Part shown: positions 8,242 to 15,320 of the stretch, one piece after another
How positions within the stretch are numbered: the stretch's first letter is position 1
How the letters are laid out: every line of letters begins with the position of its first letter
DNA from: Pseudoalteromonas tetraodonis
Lineage (GTDB): Bacteria > Pseudomonadota > Gammaproteobacteria > Enterobacterales > Alteromonadaceae
DNA: 32,000 nt
Assembly: GCF_002310835.1 (NCBI RefSeq)
Contig: NZ_CP011041.1
Span: 3,210,001 to 3,242,000, forward strand
Reading direction: 5' to 3'
Notes under the pieces: generated by a model
Seen by the model: only the letters and a program-made list of their open reading frames with translations
Told to the model about the DNA's origin: nothing
Databases searched by the model: none
Translations under genes and position numbers: made by a program

Positions 8242-8326
8242 TGGTGGAGGGAGCTGGATTCGAACCAGCGAAGGCTGAGCCGTCAGATTTACAGTCTGAT
8301 CCCTTTGGCCGCTCGGGAACCCCTCC
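8242..8326 (-). tRNA. tyrU: tRNA-Tyr (anticodon GTA) with long variable arm, CCA encoded
   Basis: The reverse complement is GGAGGGGTTCCCGAGCGGCCAAAGGGATCAGACTGTAAATCTGACGGCTCAGCCTTCGCTGGTTCGAATCCAGCTCCCTCCACCA. It is 85 nt and very similar to E. coli tRNA-Tyr. Confidence 0.9.
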
Positions 8327-8365
8327 ACGATAATTCTTTACTAAGCACTTCCGGTAAAAGGAAAG

Positions 8366-8441
<76 letters not shown>

Positions 8442-8462
8442 ACTGCTTTAGTACGGGGCGAG

Positions 8463-8520
8463 ATTCTAGAGTAAGGTTTATTGGGATGCAACCAAAAAAT
8501 TAAAAAAAATGTGATTTAAT
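8463..8520 (-). promoter_or_regulatory. Stable-RNA-type sigma70 promoter of the tRNA-tufB operon, with UP element and GC-rich discriminator
   Basis: The minus strand reads an A/T-rich UP-like tract (ATTTTTTTTAATTTTTT), TTGCAT (8491..8486), a 17-nt spacer, TAGAAT (8468..8463), then the GC-rich discriminator CTCGCCCCG. It lies about 20 nt upstream of the thrU 5' end. Confidence 0.65.
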
Positions 8521-8567
8521 GCTTCAAATGCTCACTATTCGCGCAAAAAGCTGTTTTTTTGTTGTTT

Positions 8568-9266
8568 TTAACTCTTTTTAGCTAACTCATACCAGTAATT
8601 TAAGCCTTTCATTACTAGCATTGGGTCGAAAATACTCTGTGAAAAATGCCCTTGTAACAGCTGACCATAACCACCCGCAAAAATTAAGAGGCTATTTTTT
8701 GTCTTTAAATGCAATCTTGCTTGCTCAATGGCACCCATAGTTGCCACTAAGGCTCCGTTTTTTAACCCATTAGGGGTGTTTTTTCCAAGCTCATTAGCAA
8801 ATGGCGTGTTTGCATCATCAAATACCCGCTGAGTATTTTGAGTGAGTGATGAGGTCATTAAATCAAGCCCAGGTAATATCCAGCCTCCTAGATGCTGCCC
8901 ATCATTATTGAGAACGTCTATAGTAGTAGCCGTGCCAGCATCAACAACAATAGCAGCCGTATTAGGGTAAAGCGTATAACCGCTAATAAGCGCCAACCAT
9001 CTATCTATACCCAAATTACCTACTTGCTGATACGCGCAGCGCAACCCACCAAGCTCACTACTAACCGTAGCCTCAAAACAATCAATATTATGCGTTTTGG
9101 CTTGCGCTAATAATTGTTTAAGTAACTCGCTACGACCAACACAAGCGTAAATAACAACCGTAATTTGCTGCCATGAAATATTATTAATATCACATGGCTG
9201 TATTTGCCCGTTTTCCCACAATACGGCTTTGAGTGAAGTATTACCTACATCAATTAACAATCTCAT
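8568..9266 (-). CDS. coaX: Type III pantothenate kinase
   Basis: MRLLIDVGNTSLK (the ASKHA phosphate-1 motif of CoaX) and ..VVDAGTATTIDV.. are present, and 232 aa is the typical size. Its start shares an ATGA overlap with the birA stop. Confidence 0.85.
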   Translation of the reverse strand: MRLLIDVGNTSLKAVLWENGQIQPCDINNISWQQITVVIYACVGRSELLKQLLAQAKTHNIDCFEATVSSELGGLRCAYQQVGNLGIDRWLALISGYTLYPNTAAIVVDAGTATTIDVLNNDGQHLGGWILPGLDLMTSSLTQNTQRVFDDANTPFANELGKNTPNGLKNGALVATMGAIEQARLHLKTKNSLLIFAGGYGQLLQGHFSQSIFDPMLVMKGLNYWYELAKKS

Positions 9267-10255
9267 GCTTGCGCCTTTCTTAATGAAATCTCGCCGCCAT
9301 AATAACTTTTTACTTCGCCGTCTTGGCGAATACGTACACCACCGTGCGCATCTATACCTTCACAAATGCCACGCCAACTACGATGCCCAGTATTAAGCTC
9401 TACCTGCTCGCCTGCAAACGCATTTAATGCATTCCATTGTTGATACATAGTTTGTAAGCCGTTCTCGCGATATTGCGCTAAGCGCTGCTCTAACCAATAA
9501 GTTAATGAAGCTACTAATTGATTTTTATCTAGCTGCTGGGTGTGCTGACTTAAATCTGTCCATGCTTGGTCAATGTGCTGACTTGCACTTTGTGGCATAT
9601 TTAAATTAATACCAATTCCTATCACCAACTGACAGGGCCCTTGTGGTTGCCCGTCTAATTCAACTAATACGCCAGCGAGCTTTTGTTTGTTTATGTAAAT
9701 GTCGTTTGGCCACTTTAACTCTACATCAATACCATAAAGTGCTTTTATCGCATCATACACCGCTAAACCAACCGCAATCGATACACCCATAGCGGCTTGT
9801 AAACCATCATCTAATCGCCAAAAATAGCTGTAGTATAAGTTGGCACCAAATGGCGATTGCCATACACGCCCTCGACGCCCCCGACCTGCTTGCTGCATTT
9901 CGGCAACGATTACCGTGCCCGACTGAAGTGGTGTTTTAGCCTGAATGCGGCGCATTAGTTCGCTGTTGGTTGAATCAATGAGCGGCTGCACTTCAATATT
10001 AGCGGTATTTTGCCCTAACTCAGCATAAAGCTGTTGTATTTTTTCCTGATTAAGTAATCCTACTTGGTTATTTAAGCAATAGCCTTTACCTGTAACTTTA
10101 AATACATCTAAGCCCATAGCTTGTAGGCTTTGAATGTGTTTACTAACAGCGGCACGACTAATTCCTAATTCCTCTCCTAAAGCTTGCCCAGAGACAAACC
10201 CGCCTTTATTAAGCGCATTTAAAATAGCCAGCTTGTTTCCATCAGGTGCTTTCAT
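9263..10255 (-). CDS. birA: Bifunctional biotin-[acetyl-CoA-carboxylase] ligase / bio operon repressor
   Basis: N-terminal winged HTH (ILNALNKGGFVSGQALGEELGISRAAVSKHIQSL) and the biotin-binding loop GRGRRGRVW. I place the start at the ATG at 10255 (MKAPDG..), which makes an ATGA overlap with the murB stop. The tracked start at 10282 would run into murB. Confidence 0.9.
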   Translation of the reverse strand: MKAPDGNKLAILNALNKGGFVSGQALGEELGISRAAVSKHIQSLQAMGLDVFKVTGKGYCLNNQVGLLNQEKIQQLYAELGQNTANIEVQPLIDSTNSELMRRIQAKTPLQSGTVIVAEMQQAGRGRRGRVWQSPFGANLYYSYFWRLDDGLQAAMGVSIAVGLAVYDAIKALYGIDVELKWPNDIYINKQKLAGVLVELDGQPQGPCQLVIGIGINLNMPQSASQHIDQAWTDLSQHTQQLDKNQLVASLTYWLEQRLAQYRENGLQTMYQQWNALNAFAGEQVELNTGHRSWRGICEGIDAHGGVRIRQDGEVKSYYGGEISLRKAQA

Positions 10256-11262
10256 GCTGATTGCTCCAAAGAGATATGGCATTCATTGTGTTGATCAATT
10301 AACCGCACTTCGTGTTCTAAGTTTATGTTATAGCGCGCTAAAACAGTGTTTTGAATATGGGTGATCATGCTGATCAAATCATCCCCTGTACTGTGACCAT
10401 GGTTAACGAGCACCAAAGCTTGCTGCTGATGCACTTCAATACCGGCAATCTTATATCCCTTTAATCCCGCTTGCTCTATTAACCACCCCGCTGCAACTTT
10501 ATGATGACCGGCTCCGTGTGGGTAATGAGGTAACTCAGGAAACTGCGCAAGTAACGGCACTAACGCAGCATTCGTAATAATGGGGTTTTTAAAAAAACTC
10601 CCAGCATTAGCTAGTTTATAAGGGTCTGGGAGTTTGCTATTGCGTGTTTGTATCACCTGCTCACATACTTGCTGTGGCGTCGGGTTTTTTAGTTGTTGTA
10701 GCGGTCCATAACTGAGTACTGGTTGCCATATTTTTGGCAGTTTAAAGTGCACTTGGGTGATCACCGCTTTATTTTTTAACGCGTGTTTAAAAACCGATTC
10801 ACGATAAGCAAAGTGGCATTGCTGATTAGTTAAAGATTTGAAGCAGTTGCTATTAATATCAAAATAGTCAACAGCTTCTATAAATTGTGCTATTTCTAAA
10901 CCGTAGGCACCAATATTTTGCACTGGCGCAGCACCGACTGTGCCAGGTATGAGTGCTAAATTTTCAAACCCTGCTATGCTTTGCTCAAGCAAGTAAGTCA
11001 CTAATTGATGCCAATTTTCACCGGCAGCCGCACTGACTAAAAAATCATTTTCCCGTTCAGTAATATTAATTCCTTGGGTCGCCATTTTAATAACCGTGCC
11101 AGCATAATCATTTAAAAAAATGGTATTACTGCCCTCCCCTAACAGACAAAAAGGCGCGTTAAAGCTCTGAGTTTGAAGCTGCGCTGAGTCGGTGATCTCA
11201 ATAAAATTTTGGCATTGGCTACTTAATGCAAATGTATGTAGGGGTTGTAATGAGTGCGCCAC
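10252..11262 (-). CDS. murB: UDP-N-acetylenolpyruvoylglucosamine reductase
   Basis: 336 aa. The N-terminus (V)AHSLQPLHTFAL parallels E. coli MurB MNHSLKPWNTFGI. It has a FAD-binding region (LLGEGSNTIF) and a GTG start at 11262. The murB-birA order is conserved. Confidence 0.9.
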   Translation of the reverse strand: MAHSLQPLHTFALSSQCQNFIEITDSAQLQTQSFNAPFCLLGEGSNTIFLNDYAGTVIKMATQGINITERENDFLVSAAAGENWHQLVTYLLEQSIAGFENLALIPGTVGAAPVQNIGAYGLEIAQFIEAVDYFDINSNCFKSLTNQQCHFAYRESVFKHALKNKAVITQVHFKLPKIWQPVLSYGPLQQLKNPTPQQVCEQVIQTRNSKLPDPYKLANAGSFFKNPIITNAALVPLLAQFPELPHYPHGAGHHKVAAGWLIEQAGLKGYKIAGIEVHQQQALVLVNHGHSTGDDLISMITHIQNTVLARYNINLEHEVRLIDQHNECHISLEQSA

Positions 11263-11404
11263 AAGGGTCCTAAAGGTACCAGTAATTAATCGCTCTAGTT
11301 TAACTCATCGTCGCAAATTGCGCATCAGCTTGTAAAAATTGTTCAACCCACTGTGGCAATCATGTTATAAAACGGGTACTTTTTTATTTGTACTCAAGGT
11401 AATT

Positions 11405-13246
11405 ATGAAAATCAAACCTCTTTTTTTAAGCCTCGCTATGGCCGGTATGTGCTCGCAAGTAATGGCTAGCGCTATTGATCAAAATTCCTACGCCAACCTT
11501 GATGATGTTATCACCACGCATTTAAACCTTGATTTAGACATCGACTTTGCCGACAAGCAATTAGAAGGTTTTGTTGAGCATACGCTACAATGGCAAAACG
11601 CGAAAAGCACAAAGCTAGTACTTGATACCCGCGATCTTGATATTGATAAAGTGATGTATCAAACAGCCAATGGCAATTGGCATAAAGCCAGTTTTAACCT
11701 TGCTAATCGCGACGATGTTAAAGGCTCAAAACTAACCATTACATTTAAAAGCCAAGCTGAAAAAGTCCGTATTTACTACAACAGTCGCCCAGAAGCGTCG
11801 GGCTTACAGTGGTTAACGCCAGAGCAAACAGCCAGTAAAACGCACCCGTTTATGTATAGTCAATCGCAAGCGATACATGCACGTAGTTGGATCCCTGTGC
11901 AAGATACCCCAGCAATGCGTGTGACTTATTCTGCACGTATTCATACCCCTGAAGATGTGCGTGCGGTAATGAGTGCCGATAATAAAGATGCCCTTTATAA
12001 AGACGGTGATTACCACTTCAATATGCCACAAGCAATTTCGCCTTACCTAATTGCGATTGGTGCTGGTAACTTAGAATTTAAAGCGATGTCTAAACAAACC
12101 GGTATTTTTGCTGAACCGACTATTTTGGATGCCTCAGTTGCTGAGTTTAATGACACCCAAGCGATGATCGACAAAACCAATGCGATGTATGGTGAATATG
12201 CTTGGGGTCGCTATGACTTACTTATGCTACCGCCTAGCTTCCCATTTGGTGGCATGGAAAACCCGCGTCTATCATTTATTACCCCAACCGTTGTTGCTGG
12301 CGATAAAAGCCTAGTTAACCTGATTGCACATGAGCTTGCTCACTCTTGGTCTGGTAACTTAGTAACCAATGCCACATGGGAAGACTTATGGTTAAACGAA
12401 GGATTTACCTCTTACGTTGAAAACCGCATTATGGAAGAAGTATTTGGTCGCGACCGTGCAGTAATGGAGCAAGCGCTTGATGCTGCTGGTCTGCGTGCGC
12501 AACTTAAAACCATTGATGCACCAGACACTCGCCTTAATTTAAAACTTAATGGCCGCGATCCGGATGATGCGTTTAGCTCAGTGCCTTACACAAAGGGTCA
12601 GCTATTTTTAATCTACCTAGAAGAAAAATATGGCCGTGATAAGTTTGATGACTTTGTTAAAACTTACTTTAATGAATTTGCGTTTAAATCGCTAACCACT
12701 GCGCAATTTGTGACTTACATCAAAGCTAACTTAATTGAAAAGTACCCTGGTGTAGTGAGCATGGATAAAGTGAACGAGTGGATTTTTGAGCCAGGTTTAC
12801 CAAGTGATGCACCTAACCCTACCTCTGATGCGTTCGATAAAGTAGATGCTGCAACACAAGCATGGTTAAAGGGGGATACAACTGCCGCACAATTACCTAC
12901 TGCAAATTGGACAGTGCATGAGTGGCTGCACTTTTTAAATAACCTACCGCGCGATTTAAGCATTGAAAAAATGACTGAATTAGACGGCGAGTTTAACTTA
13001 ACCCAATCAACTAACGCAGAACGCGCATTTGCATGGTACATGCTAGCAGTGGGTAACGGTTACCAACCGATTTACCCTGCGCTTGATAAACACTTATCGG
13101 GTATTGGTCGTCGTAAGCTAATAGTGCCACTTTACAAAGCACTTATTACACATGGTAAAAAAGGCTGGGCACAAAGCGTGTACTTAAAAGCACGTCCGGG
13201 TTATCACCCACTTGCACAAGGTACCATTGACGCGTTATTTGAATAA
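11405..13246 (+). CDS. Secreted M1-family zinc aminopeptidase, leukotriene-A4-hydrolase-like (cold-active aminopeptidase type)
   Basis: Signal peptide MKIKPLFLSLAMAGMCSQVMA from the ATG at 11405. It has the GGMENP exopeptidase motif and HELAHSWSGN..WLNEGFTSY (HEXXH-X18-E). A C-terminal LTA4H-type helical domain is present. Confidence 0.88.
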   Translation: MKIKPLFLSLAMAGMCSQVMASAIDQNSYANLDDVITTHLNLDLDIDFADKQLEGFVEHTLQWQNAKSTKLVLDTRDLDIDKVMYQTANGNWHKASFNLANRDDVKGSKLTITFKSQAEKVRIYYNSRPEASGLQWLTPEQTASKTHPFMYSQSQAIHARSWIPVQDTPAMRVTYSARIHTPEDVRAVMSADNKDALYKDGDYHFNMPQAISPYLIAIGAGNLEFKAMSKQTGIFAEPTILDASVAEFNDTQAMIDKTNAMYGEYAWGRYDLLMLPPSFPFGGMENPRLSFITPTVVAGDKSLVNLIAHELAHSWSGNLVTNATWEDLWLNEGFTSYVENRIMEEVFGRDRAVMEQALDAAGLRAQLKTIDAPDTRLNLKLNGRDPDDAFSSVPYTKGQLFLIYLEEKYGRDKFDDFVKTYFNEFAFKSLTTAQFVTYIKANLIEKYPGVVSMDKVNEWIFEPGLPSDAPNPTSDAFDKVDAATQAWLKGDTTAAQLPTANWTVHEWLHFLNNLPRDLSIEKMTELDGEFNLTQSTNAERAFAWYMLAVGNGYQPIYPALDKHLSGIGRRKLIVPLYKALITHGKKGWAQSVYLKARPGYHPLAQGTIDALFE

Positions 13247-13268
13247 ATAATAGCGTTACCAATAAACT

Positions 13269-13294
13269 AAAAAGGGCCAATTTGGCCCTTTTTT
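13269..13294. terminator. Bidirectional rho-independent terminator between convergent genes
   Basis: AAAAA-GGGCCAA-t-TTGGCCC-TTTTTT. Confidence 0.8.
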
Positions 13295-13303
13295 AATGCT
13301 TAA

Positions 13304-13906
13304 TTATTTTGTTACTTTATCTAAAAAAGCCTGCCTTTCAGCGAGCGTTGCTTGTTGCCACCAAAAGTCGAGCATATTTGCCGCACTTGGCATGCCTTTT
13401 CCATTAATTGGCGTAATCGGTTTAATGGGACGACTCGGTTTTTGCGGGCCCGCTGGGGTTGCTGTTGTTTGCTGGTTAAACTGTGCGCTTTGAACTTGTC
13501 GTTCGGCAATAATATTTAATGGCTTAGCTAAGGTGCTGCCTTTTGCTTTTAAACTCACTTGCGGTGCCTCAGCAAATACTTTTGCCGCTACCGCATTTTC
13601 AGCACGATTAAATACTAAGGTGTAATCTTTACCCGCTTCAATGGTTACATTCACCCAAAAAGGTTCTGACTCAATCACTTCATGATCGTCATAACCTAAG
13701 TCATATAAATCTGTGTATTTAAGTTTTAGCTGATAAGTACCCGGTGCTAATTCAACATCATCAACACGACTAAAAAGCGAACTTTCAATTATTCGTTCAC
13801 CCACTTGCAAAGGAACAAATTCCTCAGGAAAGTGAATATTTTCTGCCAAACTCGATGCACTCACTAAGAGCGCCGCTACACTGCCTAATAATATTGATTT
13901 ACGCAT
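13304..13906 (-). CDS. Secreted DUF2057 / YccT (UPF0319) family protein
   Basis: Signal peptide MRKSILLGSVAALLVSASSLA from the ATG at 13906. The C-terminal ..MLDFWWQQATLAERQAFLDKV resembles the YccT tail (..[22 protein letters not shown]). Confidence 0.65.
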   Translation of the reverse strand: MRKSILLGSVAALLVSASSLAENIHFPEEFVPLQVGERIIESSLFSRVDDVELAPGTYQLKLKYTDLYDLGYDDHEVIESEPFWVNVTIEAGKDYTLVFNRAENAVAAKVFAEAPQVSLKAKGSTLAKPLNIIAERQVQSAQFNQQTTATPAGPQKPSRPIKPITPINGKGMPSAANMLDFWWQQATLAERQAFLDKVTK

Positions 13907-13998
13907 AATTACTCCTTTAGTTGATTTCAGTTTGACACTGCTAGCAAAATTTGTCATTAGTGACACATATATTAATCAAATAAATTAGAGTCATCATT

Positions 13999-14370
13999 AT
14001 GAGCCAAGAGACTATTTTTACTAAAATTATTAATCGCGAAATTCCAGCAGATATTATTTACGAAGACGATGACACGCTAGCGTTTAAAGACATTAATCCT
14101 CAAGCGCCATTTCATGTATTAATTATTCCCAAGCAACCAATTGCCACTATAAATGATATAAATAATGAAAACTCACATTTAGTTGGTAATTTATACACGG
14201 TCGCCGCAAAACTGGCCAAGCAACACAACTTTAGCGATGACGGCTACCGCGTTGTGATGAACTGTAATGAACATGGTGGCCAAACTGTGTATCACATACA
14301 TTTACATATGCTCGCAGGTAAAGAAATGGGCTGGCCTCCATACCAAGAAACTAAAAAAACGGCGCTATAG
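13999..14370 (+). CDS. hinT: Histidine-triad (HIT) nucleotide-binding protein, HinT-like purine nucleoside phosphoramidase
   Basis: 123 aa with the HIT motif HIHLHMLAG and an N-terminus (IFTKIINREIPADIIYEDD) typical of HinT. Confidence 0.85.
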   Translation: MSQETIFTKIINREIPADIIYEDDDTLAFKDINPQAPFHVLIIPKQPIATINDINNENSHLVGNLYTVAAKLAKQHNFSDDGYRVVMNCNEHGGQTVYHIHLHMLAGKEMGWPPYQETKKTAL

Positions 14371-14583
14371 TGCTTAGTTAAATCTTAGATTAGTTTAAAA
14401 AAATCAAAAATACGGCGTTTTTCTTACTACACGAAAAAAAACAATTACTTATTTGCAACATTTTATGTTTAAATAATCGGAAATCGCACCTTTTCTCCAG
14501 TGAAATAATGATTTTCTAATACAAAAGGTGTGTAGGGATTGTGGTAAAATTAATTAGCCAGCTTTATAAAAGAGTAAAAAAAC

Positions 14584-15240
14584 ATGAGCAGTTCAGCCTT
14601 TTTGTTGTTAGATGAAGAACCAATTAACACTATTGGTATTAACGTTTTAGAGCCATTGTTAAAAACGCAAGGCCTTGACGTAACTACGGGTACAAATATT
14701 TTAGATGTTCCGGTAGGTACTCGCTTATTGTTCATTGAAACATCAAGTAAAGACGCATGGACAAAGCTAAAAGAGCAACTCGTTAATTTACGCATCAAGT
14801 GCGATATTGTGTTGTTCAATTTAGATGAAAACCCAGAGCTTGCTAATCGCGCATTACTTAGCGGTATTCGTGGTGTATTTTACACCACAGATAATGCCGA
14901 TGTACTCATGAAAGGGATTCGTTTATTACTCGAAGATCAGCTTTGGTATCGTCGTGACATTATGTGTAATGCGCTTAACCGCATGCTGCAATTTAATAAA
15001 GATGCCCTGCATAAGCTAACTGATGGTGATATTGAACCAATAAAGCTAACGAAGCGTGAAAAAGCAATTATCTCGTTAATGAGTAATGGTTCTAAAAATA
15101 AAGAAATTGCTGAAGAGTTAAGTATTAGCCCGCATACGGTTAAAACTCATTTATACAGTGCATTTAGAAAAACTAAATGTCGTAACCGTATTGAATTACT
15201 TTCTTGGGCACAACAAAACATTCCTGACGAAATTCGTTAA
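14584..15240 (+). CDS. CsgD/VpsT-family LuxR-type transcriptional regulator with an atypical receiver-like N-domain
   Basis: The C-terminal LuxR HTH (LTKREKAIISLMSNGSKNKEIAEELSISPHTVKTHLYSAFRKTKCRNRIELLSWAQQN) aligns closely to CsgD. The N-domain aligns to the CsgD receiver-like fold (IRGVFY). It is preceded by a 213-bp AT-rich intergenic region. Confidence 0.8.
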   Translation: MSSSAFLLLDEEPINTIGINVLEPLLKTQGLDVTTGTNILDVPVGTRLLFIETSSKDAWTKLKEQLVNLRIKCDIVLFNLDENPELANRALLSGIRGVFYTTDNADVLMKGIRLLLEDQLWYRRDIMCNALNRMLQFNKDALHKLTDGDIEPIKLTKREKAIISLMSNGSKNKEIAEELSISPHTVKTHLYSAFRKTKCRNRIELLSWAQQNIPDEIR

Positions 15241-15263
15241 CGTTTGTTTGAATAAATACCATA

Positions 15264-15288
15264 CAGGCACTTTAAGTGCCTGTTTTTA
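15264..15288 (+). terminator. Rho-independent terminator after the CsgD-like gene
   Basis: CAGGCAC (15264-15270), loop tttaa, GTGCCTG (15276-15282), then TTTTTAT. Confidence 0.7.
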
Positions 15289-15320
15289 TATCTTCTTTAA
15301 AAAACGCTGTTGGGGTCTTA

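Noticed and set aside
8892-10364. ORFs 8892-9110(+) and 10134-10364(+)
   Set aside because: These are antisense shadows within coaX and across the birA/murB junction. They have no SD and no recognisable motifs.
11339-11404. Long N-terminal extensions offered by the ORF track. Examples are 11339 for the aminopeptidase, 13966 for the YccT-like gene, 28851 for DUF885, 24115 for mtnK, 21068 for mtnB, 21664 for mtnC, 10282 for birA and 679 for the DUF2390-like gene.
   Set aside because: In each case an internal ATG gives a canonical signal peptide or lipobox, an ATGA-coupled start, or an N-terminus matching known homologues. The longer form would overlap a neighbouring gene, promoter or terminator.
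11813-13041. ORFs 11813-12031(-) and 12715-13041(-)
   Set aside because: They are embedded antisense in the M1 aminopeptidase gene, whose frame carries the GGMENP and HEXXH-E motifs.
13296-13509. ORFs 13296-13493(+) and 13321-13509(-)
   Set aside because: They overlap the YccT/DUF2057-like gene, either on the other strand or in another frame. The 13304-13906 frame has a signal peptide and a family-like C-terminus.
14487-14530. Long-range inverted repeat CACCTTTT..N28..AAAAGGTG upstream of the CsgD-like gene
   Set aside because: It is an 8-bp AT-rich stem with a very large loop in an AT-rich region. That is easily a chance occurrence, and no supporting second copy or U tract is present.
15276-15320. 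GTG at 15276 as the start of the histidine kinase
   Set aside because: This GTG is part of the 3' arm of the terminator hairpin after the CsgD-like gene. I prefer the ATG at 15321, which begins the first TM helix, though neither start is proven.
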